A stretch of 64,000 bases of DNA, taken from assembly GCA_014905635.1 (NCBI GenBank), contig JABVCE010000045.1:1-64000 (forward strand), in the 5' to 3' direction. The notes under the pieces were generated by a model. That model saw only the letters and a list, made by a program, of their open reading frames with translations, made no database searches and had not been told where the DNA came from. The stretch comes from Scenedesmus sp. PABB004. Lineage: Eukaryota. Below, in pieces: positions 1-9,251 of the stretch. The translations under genes were made by a program, and so were the position numbers. Numbering within the stretch: the stretch's first letter is position 1; the number at the start of each line of letters is the position of its first letter.

Positions 1-323
1 GCGGCCCTCGGCGGCGCAGCCCGTGGCCGGCAGCACGTGGGAGCCCCGCACCCCGCTCCGCAGGGGCGGCGGGGCAGCGGAAACGGCGCACGGCAGCGCT
101 GCGCCGCGGCGCCGGCGAGCGGCGCGCGCGCGCGGGCGGCGCGCGGCCCGCGGCGCGGCGCGGCCGCCGCCGGCGGCCCTCGGCGGCGCAAGCCCGTGGC
201 CGGGCAGCACGTGGGAGCCCCGCACCCCCGCTCCGCAGGGGCGGCAGGGCAGCGGAAACGGCGCACGGCAGCGCTGCGCCGCGGCGCCGGCGAGCGGCGC
301 GCGGCGCGGCGCGGCCGCCGTCC

Positions 324-1058
324 TTTTTTTTTTTTTTTTTTGTTACAACGGGTGACCAGACAAGGACCGAGGCCCAGGGGCAGCCCATTGAAAAAAAACT
401 CCAACGGGAAGAGCGCAGCAACCCCTCGTGAAAAACCGCACCCCGGCGCCCCCCGAGAGGGGGCACACACATCACCCAACGGCACAGCCAGAGGCCAACG
501 CCCAACGGGCGCCCAAGGAGACCAGGTGATGCCCCGCAATCAAAGGGGCAGCAGCAGATCAGGCCGCACACCCCCCTTCCGGTGCGGTGAGCCGCACCGG
601 GCATCGGTGCAGCGAGGTGCACCGGCTCCAAGCCTCCGCGCAGAGATCACGCGCAAGCGCCACCCACGCTGGCGGCGGCAGGGGCCGGCCTCAGCGGCAT
701 CAGCCCCCGCGCCGCGCGACGACACACGCACACACCAGGGGGCAGCAGTTGGCTTTGCTGCAAAAACCCCTGAGAAAGCCGCGCACCGATGAGAAAGCCG
801 CCCCACCGGGCAGGCCGCACGCCAAGCCGCCGCGCACGGAGCGCGTGCAGCCGCCAAACACGCCGGCGGCGCCAGGGGCCGGCCCCATCGGCTGCAGCCC
901 CCTCGCCGCGCGACGACAAACACGCAGACACCAGCCCCGCGGCACGGGCGGACACCGCCCAACCTTGCACGCTGCAGAAGAGGCGCGACACGCAGCCAGC
1001 CGGGGTTGCAGCAAGCCCGGCCGCGGACCCCCCGGCCCCTGCAGCTAGCCGCCGCGTT

Positions 1059-1089
<31 letters not shown>

Positions 1090-1640
1090 GGGGTCCTGCG
1101 CCGCCGGCGGGGCCAGCGCCGGCGCCGCCGGCAGCGCCGGCACGCCCGCTGCGGTGAGCCGGAACTCCATTGTGAAGCGGCCCCCGTGCTGGCCCGTGCG
1201 CGCGATGACTCCTCGGTGGCACCACCGGCGTCCGAAATCTGCCCGAGTGAGCTCCTTGCCGGAGCCCGACAGCCAGGAGCGCGGCACGCCCGCCAGCGCG
1301 CGCACGTCCATCGCTGCCTTACGCCAATCCAGCACGACTGCGTCGCGCACCGAGTACACAAAGATGCGAATCGCCGCCACAGGCGCGTGCCCGGGCTGGC
1401 CGCCGCCGTGCCGCGCGCGCGCGGCGAGCAGGGCGCGCAGCAGCAGCAGGCGGAGGTGCGTCCAGAGCTGCTGCAGCTCCGGCGCGACGCCCGACCTGGC
1501 AAAGTCGTCCGCCAGCATCACCCTGGGCGGGGGCGGCGCGCGCGGGAAGCCCGGCTGCAGCCGCGCCCAGAGGTGAGCAAACCACTGCAGCACCGCCGCC
1601 GCCACGGGGCATCCGCCGAGGACGTGGCCGAGCGTCTCCA
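324..1640 (-). mobile_element. 5'-truncated non-LTR retrotransposon (L1-like LINE) with poly(A) tail and target-site duplication
   Basis: T18 run at 324-341 is a minus-strand poly(A), directly preceded on that strand by TGTAAC. GCCGCCGTCC(TT) is duplicated at 314-325 and 1641-1652. The minus-strand ORF remnant starts LETLGHVLGGCPVA (second half of the LINE ORF2 CCHC/zf-RVT knuckle). Confidence 0.9.
1045..1640 (-). pseudogene. C-terminal fragment of LINE ORF2 (zinc knuckle and C-terminal region; no RT or endonuclease present)
   Basis: Reads ETLGHVLGGCPVAAAVLQWFAHLWARL...LQQLWTHLRL...DWRKAAMDVR...FGRRWCHRGV, an E-T-x2-H-x4-C-P motif followed by a Trp-rich tail. Truncated at the TSD. Confidence 0.8.
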
Positions 1641-1647
1641 GCCGCCG

Positions 1648-4600
1648 TCCTTAAGGGGCGCGGGACCAATGGGCGCGAGCCTGTGGTGTAACCATCTTTA
1701 TCTTTATCTTTATCGCCGGCGGCCCTCGGCGGCGCAGCCCGTGGCCGGGCAGCACGTGGGAGCCCGCACCCCCGCTCCGCAGGGGCGGCGGGGCAGCGGA
1801 AACGGCGCACGGCAGCGCTGCGCCGCGGCGCCGGCGAGCGGCGCGCGCGCGGCGGCGGCGCGCGGCCCGCGGCGCGGCGCGGCCGCCGCCGGCCCTCGGC
1901 GGCGCAGCCCGTGGCCGGGCAGCACGTGGGAGCCCCGCACCCCCGCTCCGCAGGGGCGGCAGGGCAGCGGAAACGGCGCACGGCAGCGCTGCGCCGCGGC
2001 GCCGGCGAGCGGCGCGCGCGCGGGCGGCGCGCGGCCCGCGGCGCGGCGCGGCCGCCGCCGGCGGCCCTCGGCGGCGCAGCCCGTGGCCGGGCAGCACGTG
2101 GGAGCCCCGCAGCCCCGCTCCGCAGGGGCGGCGGGCAGCGGAAACGGCGCACGGTAGCGCTGCGCCGCGGCGCCGGCGAGCGGCGCGCGCGCGCGGGCGG
2201 CGCGCGGCCCGCGGCGCGGCGCGGCCGCCGCCGGCGGCCCTCGGCGGCGCAGCCCGTGGCCGGGCAGCACGTGGGAGCCCCGCACCCCCGCTCCGCAGGG
2301 GCGGCAGGGCAGCGGAAACGGCGCACGGCAGCGCTGCGCCGCGGCGCCGGCGAGCGGCGCACGCGCGGGCGGCGCGCGGCCCGCGGCGCGGCGCGGCCGC
2401 CGCCGGCGGCCCTCGGCGGCGAGCCCGTGGCCGGGCAGCACGTGGCAGCCCCGCACCCCCGCTCCGCAGGGGCGGCGGGGCAGCGGAAACGGCGCACGGC
2501 AGCGCTGCGCCGCGGCGCCGGCGAGCGGCGCGCGCGCGGGCGGCGCGCGGCCCGCGGCGCGGCGCGGCCGCCGCCGGCGGCCCTCGGCGGCGCAGCCCGT
2601 GGCCGGGCAGCACGTGGGAGCCCCGCACCCCCGCTCCGCAGGGGCGGCAGGGCAGCGGAAACGGCGCACGGCAGCGCTGCGCCGCGGCGCCGGCGAGCGG
2701 CGCGCGGCGCGGCGCGGCCGCCGTCCTTAAGGGGCGCGGGACCAATGGGCGCGAGCCTGTGGTGTAACTATCTTTATCTTTATCTTTATCGCCGGCGGCC
2801 CTCGCGGCGCAGCCCGTGGCCGGGCAGCACGTGGGAGCCCGCACCCCCGCTCCGCAGGGGCGGCGGGGCAGCGGAAACGGCGCACGGCAGCGCTGCGCCG
2901 CGGCGCCGGCGAGCGGCGCGCGCGGGGCGGCGCGCGCGCCCGCGGCGCGGCGCGGCCGCCGCCGGCGGCCCTCGGCGGCGCAGCCCGTGGCCGGGCAGCA
3001 CGTGGGAGCCCCGCACCCCCGCTCCGCAGGGGCGGCGGGGCAGCGGAAACGGCGCACGGTAGCGCTGCGCCGCGGCGCCGGCGAGCGGCGCGCGCGCGGG
3101 CGGCGCGCGGCCCGCGGCGCGGCGCGGCCGCCGCCGGCGGCCCTCGGCGGCGCAGCCCGTGGCCGGGCAGCACGTGGGAGCCCCGCACCCCCGCTCCGCA
3201 GGGGCGGCAGGGCAGCGGAAACGGCGCACGGCAGCGCTGCGCCGCGGCGCCGGCGAGCGGCGCGCGGCGCGGCGCGGCCGCCGCCGGCGGCCCTCGGCGG
3301 CGCAGCCCGTGGCCGGGCAGCACGTGGCAGCCCCGCACCCCCGCTCCGCAGGGGCGGCGGGGCAGCGGAAACGGCGCACGGCAGCGCTGCGCCGCGGCGC
3401 CGGCGAGCGGCGCGCGCGCGGGCGGCGCGCGGCCCGCGGCGCGGCGCGGCCGCCGCCGGCGGCCCTCGGCGGCGCAGCCCGTGGCCGGGCAGCACGTGGG
3501 AGCCCCGCACCCCCGCTCCGCAGGGGCGGCAGGGCAGCGGAAACGGCGCACGGCAGCGCTGCGCCGCGGCGCCGGCGAGCGGCGCGCGGCGCGGCGCGGC
3601 CGCCGCCGGCGGCCCTCGGCGGCGCAGCCCGTGGCCGGGCAGCACGTGGCAGCCCCGCACCCCCGCTCCGCAGGGGCGGCGGGGCAGCGGAAACGGCGCA
3701 CGGCAGCGCTGCGCCGCGGCGCCGGCGAGCGGCGCGCGCGGGCGGGCGGCGCGCGGCCCGCGGCGCGGCGCGGCCGCCGCCGGCGGCCCTCGGCGGCGCA
3801 GCCCGTGGCCGGGCAGCACGTGGGAGCCCCGCACCCCCGCTCCGCAGGGGCGGCAGGGCAGCGGAAACGGCGCACGGCAGCGCTGCGCCGCGGCGCCGGC
3901 GAGCGGCGCGCGGCGCGGCGCGGCCGCCGTCCTTAAGGGGCGCGGGACCAATGGGCGCGAGCCTGTGGTGTAACTATCTTTATCTTTATCTTTATCGCCG
4001 GCGGCCCTCGGCGGCGCAGCCCGTGGCCGGGCAGCACGTGGGAGCCCGCACCCCCGCTCCGCAGGGGCGGCGGGGCAGCGGAAACGGCGCACAGCAGCGC
4101 TGCGCCGCGGCGCCGGCGAGCGGCGCGCGCGCGGGCGGCGCGCGGCCCGCGGCGCGGCGCGGCCGCCGCCGGCGGCCCTCGGCGGCGCAGCCCGTGGCCG
4201 GGCAGCACGTGGGAGCCCCGCACCCCCGCTCCGCAGGGGCGGCGGGGCAGCGGAAACGGCGCACGGTAGCGCTGCGCCGCGGCGCCGGCGAGCGGCGCGC
4301 GCGCGGGCGGCGCGCGGCCCGCGGCGCGGCGCGGCCGCCGCCGGCGGCCCTCGGCGGCGCAGCCCGTGGCCGGGCAGCACGTGGGAGCCCCGCACCCCCG
4401 CTCCGCAGGGGCGGCAGGGCAGCGGAAACGGCGCACGGCAGCGCTGCGCCGCGGCGCCGGCGAGCGGCGCGCGGCGCGGCGCGGCCGCCGCCGGCGGCCC
4501 TCGGCGGCGCAGCCCGTGGCCGGGCAGCACGTGGCAGCCCCGCACCCCCGCTCCGCAGGGGCGGCGGGGCAGCGGAAACGGCGCACGGCAGCGCTGCGCC

Positions 4601-5760
4601 GCGGCGCCGGCGAGCGGCGCGCGCGCGGGCGGCGCGCGGCCCGCGGCGCGGCGCGGCCGCCGCCGGCGGCCCTCGGCGGCGCAGCCCGTGGCCGGGCAGC
4701 ACGTGGGAGCCCCGCACCCCCGCTCCGCAGGGGCGGCAGGGCAGCGGAAACGGCGCACGGCAGCGCTGCGCCGCGGCGCCGGCGAGCGGCGCGCGGCGCG
4801 GCGCGGCCGCCGCCGGCGGCCCTCGGCGGCGCAGCCCGTGGCCGGGCAGCACGTGGCAGCCCCGCACCCCCGCTCCGCAGGGGCGGCGGGGCAGCGGAAA
4901 CGGCGCACGGCAGCGCTGCGCCGCGGCGCCGGCGAGCGGCGCGCGCGCGGGCGGCGCGCGGCCCGCGGCGCGGCGCGGCCGCCGCCGGCGGCCCTCGGCG
5001 GCGCAGCCCGTGGCCGGGCAGCACGTGGGAGCCCCGCACCCCCGCTCCGCAGGGGCGGCAGGGCAGCGGAAACGGCGCACGGCAGCGCTGCGCCGCGGCG
5101 CCGGCGAGCGGCGCGCGGCGCGGCGCGGCCGCCGTCCTTAAGGGGCGCGGGACCAATGGGCGCGAGCCTGTGGTGTAACTATCTTTATCTTTATCTTTAT
5201 CGCCGGCGGCCCTCGGCGGCGCAGCCCGTGGCCGGGCAGCACGTGGGAGCCCGCACCCCCGCTCCGCAGGGGCGGCGGGGCAGCGGAAACGGCGCACAGC
5301 AGCGCTGCGCCGCGGCGCCGGCGAGCGGCGCGCGCGCGGGCGGCGCGCGGCCCGCGGCGCGGCGCGGCCGCCGCCGGCGGCCCTCGGCGGCGCAGCCCGT
5401 GGCCGGGCAGCACGTGGGAGCCCCGCACCCCCGCTCCGCAGGGGCGGCGGGCAGCGGAAACGGCGCACGGTAGCGCTGCGCCGCGGCGCCGGCGAGCGGC
5501 GCGCGCGCGGGCGGCGCGCGGCCCGCGGCGCGGCGCGGCCGCCGCCGGCGGCCCTCGGCGGCGCAGCCCGTGGCCGGGCAGCACGTGGGAGCCCCGCACC
5601 CCCGCTCCGCAGGGGCGGCAGGGCAGCGGAAACGGCGCACGGCAGCGCTGCGCCGCGGCGCCGGCGAGCGGCGCGCGGCGCGGCGCGGCCGCCGTCCTTA
5701 AGGGGCGCGGGACCAATGGGCGCGAGCCTGTGGTGTAACTATCTTTATCTTTATCTTTAT
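1648..5760 (+). repeat. Five copies of a 66-bp insert ending TGTAAC(TATCTT)3TAT that punctuate the satellite (1648-1713, 2724-2789, 3930-3995, 5135-5200, 5695-5760)
   Basis: TCCTTAAGGGGCGCGGGACCAATGGGCGCGAGCCTGTGGTGTAAC(T/C)ATCTTTATCTTTATCTTTAT occurs at the same monomer position each time. Spacings are 1076, 1206, 1205 and 560 bp. Confidence 0.95.
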
Positions 5761-8170
5761 CGCCGGCGGCCCTCGGCGGCGCAGCCCGTGGCCGGGCAGC
5801 ACGTGGGAGCCCGCACCCCCGCTCCGCAGGGGCGGCGGGGCAGCGGAAACGGCGCACGGCAGCGCTGCGCCGCGGCGCCGGCGAGCGGCGCGCGCGCGGG
5901 CGGCGCGCGGCCCGCGGCGCGGCGCGGCCGCCGCCGGCGGCCCTCGGCGGCGCAGCCCGTGGCCGGGCAGCACGTGGGAGCCCCGCACCCCCGCTCCGCA
6001 GGGGCGGCGGGGCAGCGGAAACGGCGCACGGTAGCGCTGCGCCGCGGCGCCGGCGAGCGGCGCGCGCGCGGGCGGCGCGCGGCCCGCGGCGCGGCGCGGC
6101 CGCCGCCGGCGGCCCTCGGCGGCGCAGCCCGTGGCCGGGCAGCACGTGGGAGCCCCGCACCCCCGCTCCGCAGGGGCGGCAGGGCAGCGGAAACGGCGCA
6201 CGGCAGCGCTGCGCCGCGGCGCCGGCGAGCGGCGCGCGGCGCGGCGCGGCCGCCGCCGGCGGCCCTCGGCGGCGCAGCCCGTGGCCGGGCAGCACGTGGC
6301 AGCCCCGCACCCCCGCTCCGCAGGGGCGGCGGGGCAGCGGAAACGGCGCACGGCAGCGCTGCGCCGCGGCGCCGGCGAGCGGCGCGCGCGCGGGCGGCGC
6401 GCGGCCCGCGGCGCGGCGCGGCCGCCGCGGCGGCCCTCGGCGGCGCAGCCCGTGGCCGGGCAGCACGTGGCAGCCCCGCACCCCCGCTCCGCAGGGGCGG
6501 CGGGGCAGCGGAAACGGCGCACGGCAGCGCTGCGCCGCGGCGCCGGCGAGCGGCGCGCGCGCGGGCGGCGCGCGGCCCGCGGCGCGGCGCGGCCGCCGCC
6601 GGCGGCCCTCGGCGGCGCAGCCCGTGGCCGGGCAGCACGTGGCAGCCCCGCACCCCCGCTCCGCAGGGGCGGCGGGGCAGCGGAAACGGCGCACGGCAGC
6701 GCTGCGCCGCGGCGCCGGCGAGCGGCGCGCGCGCGGGCGGCGCGCGGCCCGCGGCGCGGCGCGGCCGCCGCCGGCGGCCCTCGGCGGCGCAGCCCGTGGC
6801 CGGGCAGCACGTGGGAGACCCGCACCCCCGCTCCGCAGGGGCGGCGGGGCAGCGGAAACGGCGCACGGCAGCGCTGCGCCGCGGCGCCGGCGAGCGGCGC
6901 GAGGCGCGGCGCGGCCGCCGCCGGCGGCCCTCGGCGGCGCAGCCCGTGGCCGGGCAGCACGTGGCAGCCCCGCACCCCCGCTCCGCAGGGGCGGCGGGGC
7001 AGCGGAAACGGCGCACGGCAGCGCTGCGCCGCGGCGCCGGCGAGCGGCGCGCGCGCGGCGGCGCGCGGCCCGCGGCGCGGCGCGGCCGCCGCCGGCGGCC
7101 CTCGGCGGCGCAGCCCGTGGCCGGGCAGCACGTGGCAGCCCCGCACCCCCGCTCCGCAGGGGCGGCGGGGCAGCGGAAACGGCGCACGGCAGCGCTGCGC
7201 CGCGGCGCCGGCGAGCGGCGCGCGCGCGGGCGGCGCGCGGCCCGCGGCGCGGCGCGGCCGCCGCCGGCGGCCCTCGGCGGCGCAGCCCGTGGCCGGGCAG
7301 CACGTGGGAGACCCGCACCCCCGCTCCGCAGGGGCGGCGGGGCAGCGGAAACGGCGCACGGCAGCGCTGCGCCGCGGCGCCGGCGAGCGGCGCGCGGCGC
7401 GGCGCGGCCGCCGCCGGCGGCCCTCGGCGGCGCAGCCCGTGGCCGGGCAGCACGTGGGAGCCCCGCACCCCCGCTCCGCAGGGGCGGCGGGGCAGCGGAA
7501 ACGGCGCACGGCAGCGCTGCGCCGCGGCGCCGGCGAGCGGCGCGCACGGGCGGAGGCGCTCCTGGTGACGTTCCTTGGGCCGGCCACGCCGGCAGCTAAT
7601 CACGTAGGGCTTACATTGCTGCCGTTTCTGGCTGGGCGGAACGGGCTGCGGTGCCCGCACCCGGCCGGGGCGCGCCGTTCAAGGCCGGTCGCGCTGCCGG
7701 CTCACCGCTAGCAGCCGCGCCCCACAGCCGCTTGCTTTCAGGCAATTCAGACCGGGCCTATGCCGGCGCCGTCATCGCGGGGCCGTGGCAGGGCGTGCGC
7801 GCGCGGCTGTCACATCGACCGGGAAGCGTCCGCCCCGATCTCGTCAATTGCCTGCATCATCCGGCCCGCAGCCGCTTCCCTTCACCACTGCGCCGCTCGC
7901 TCCAGCCAGATCTAGCAGCATCGCGCCGCGCCCGCGTCGCTCGCGCGCGTCCGACGCGCGTCCCTCGCCGTTGCCTGCTGCAGGTGCGCAGGCGAGCCGC
8001 GGCGCCGCACGCACCCCTCCTCCGGCGAACGCCACGGCGGAGTGCCGCGTCTCGGCGCGCCGCGGCCGATCCGCCGCCACGCGCGCGTGTCGGAGCGGTG
8101 CCGAACAGCAGCAGCACCTCAGCTCGCGCCCACGCCCACGCCGCGCGCCGCGCGCCGCCCGTAGCAGACA

Positions 8171-9055
8171 ATGCTGGCCCGGCAGACTGCCCTGCGCCGC
8201 CCGAGCGCGGCCGCCGGTGCGCGGCTCGCCCGCGCCGCGCCGCTGCGGCCGGCGCGCGGCAGCCGGCGCGGCGTGGCGGCGCGCGCGGGCATGGACACCA
8301 ACCTCTTCGTCAACCTCATCGCCTCCACCACCTGCGGCGCCCTCGCGGCGGCCGTGACGCTCGTGACCGCGGAGGACACCGACAAGGAGGTGCGGCGCGC
8401 GCCGCGCCCGGGCGAACGGGCGGCGCGGCGGCGGCGCGGCGGCGGGCGCCCGCTGCCGGCTCGGCTTGCGTGCCGCCGGCGGCGCCGCGCGCCGCCCAAC
8501 TACCCCCCCCCCCCCCAGATTGAGCGCATCAAGACCGTGGAGGGCGCGACGCCGCTGGCGGCGGCCATCGCGGCCGACGCGGTCGCGCACAGCATCCCGG
8601 GGCTGAACGTCCTGCTGCAGCTGCTGTCCGAGCCCGTCGGCGCGGCGGCGGGCGTGGCGTACATGATGACGCTCGTGCTGAGCGCGCCCGCGGTCGACCC
8701 CGCGACGCTCGCGCCCAAGGGCACCGTGCTCAACGCGGAGAAGGCGAACGACGCGCGCGCGGCGGTGCGCGTGCCGTTCACGGCGATCATCCCCACCGCG
8801 CTCAAGGTCGTGGACTTCAGCAACGACGCCAGCAGCGGCGCGGGCTGGACGATCGGCGAGAGCGGGCTGCCCAAGCTGCCCGTGACGAGCGTGCTCGCGG
8901 TCGTGGGCGTGGGCGGACTCATCCTCGAGGCCGCGAGCCACGCGCCCGTGCTGAGCCTCATCATGCCCCGCGTGCTCAGCGTCGCGGGCTGGCTCGCCGC
9001 CAGCGGGTACCTCCTCGACAAGCGCGGCGCGCCCAGCAGCAGCACCAGCGCCTGA
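8171..9055 (+). CDS. Uncharacterised, probably plastid-targeted membrane protein; 2 exons (8171-8389, 8519-9055)
   Basis: Arg/Ala-rich transit-peptide-like N-terminus, GAG|GTGCGG...CCCAG|ATT intron, coding-like codon use and several hydrophobic segments. Confidence 0.8.
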   Translation: MLARQTALRRPSAAAGARLARAAPLRPARGSRRGVAARAGMDTNLFVNLIASTTCGALAAAVTLVTAEDTDKEVRRAPRPGERAARRRRGGGRPLPARLACRRRRRAPPNYPPPPQIERIKTVEGATPLAAAIAADAVAHSIPGLNVLLQLLSEPVGAAAGVAYMMTLVLSAPAVDPATLAPKGTVLNAEKANDARAAVRVPFTAIIPTALKVVDFSNDASSGAGWTIGESGLPKLPVTSVLAVVGVGGLILEAASHAPVLSLIMPRVLSVAGWLAASGYLLDKRGAPSSSTSA

Positions 9056-9251
9056 CCGCCACGGCCGCCAAACGCGGCGAGGGGCGGGGGAGCGACATTG
9101 GCGGCGGCGGCGGCGCGCCGGCGCGGGCCGCCGGCTGCCGGGGAGCGAGCGAGCGGGCGAGCGGGCGTGCCTCGGGGGTAACCGAGCAGGCTGGTGGCAA
9201 CCTCTCTCTCTCTCTCTCGCGCGCGCCGCCGCCGCCGCCGCCCCGGGCCCG

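Larger units (their letters stand above)
1..7545. repeat. GC-rich satellite array, monomers of ~172 bp and ~150 bp, about 35 copies, with higher-order organisation; continues beyond the window start
   Basis: Monomer GCGGCCCTCGGCGGCGCAGCCCGTGGCCGGGCAGCACGTGG...GGAAACGGCGCACGG... repeats from 1-320 and 1714-7545 at very high identity. The short variant lacks a ~22-bp GCGCGGGCGGCGCGCGGCCCGC segment. Interrupted by the LINE at 324-1640 and by 66-bp inserts. Confidence 0.97.

Noticed and set aside
1648..5760. CRISPR-like alternation of a constant 66-bp unit and intervening sequence
   Set aside because: The intervening segments are 0.5-1.2 kb of satellite rather than unique spacers, there are no cas genes, and the context is eukaryotic.
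1..7545. Satellite monomer as a hammerhead ribozyme or retrozyme (contains GAAAC)
   Set aside because: The required CUGANGA core is absent on both strands of the monomer.
1651..7711. Many long overlapping ORFs (up to 1085 aa) across the satellite
   Set aside because: They are periodic translations of a nearly stop-free GC repeat, open in all six frames, with no protein-like composition.
8390..8518. In-frame, stop-free introns as evidence of regulated intron retention
   Set aside because: This is expected by chance at this GC content; the translated introns are Arg/Ala/Pro noise that interrupts conserved domains.
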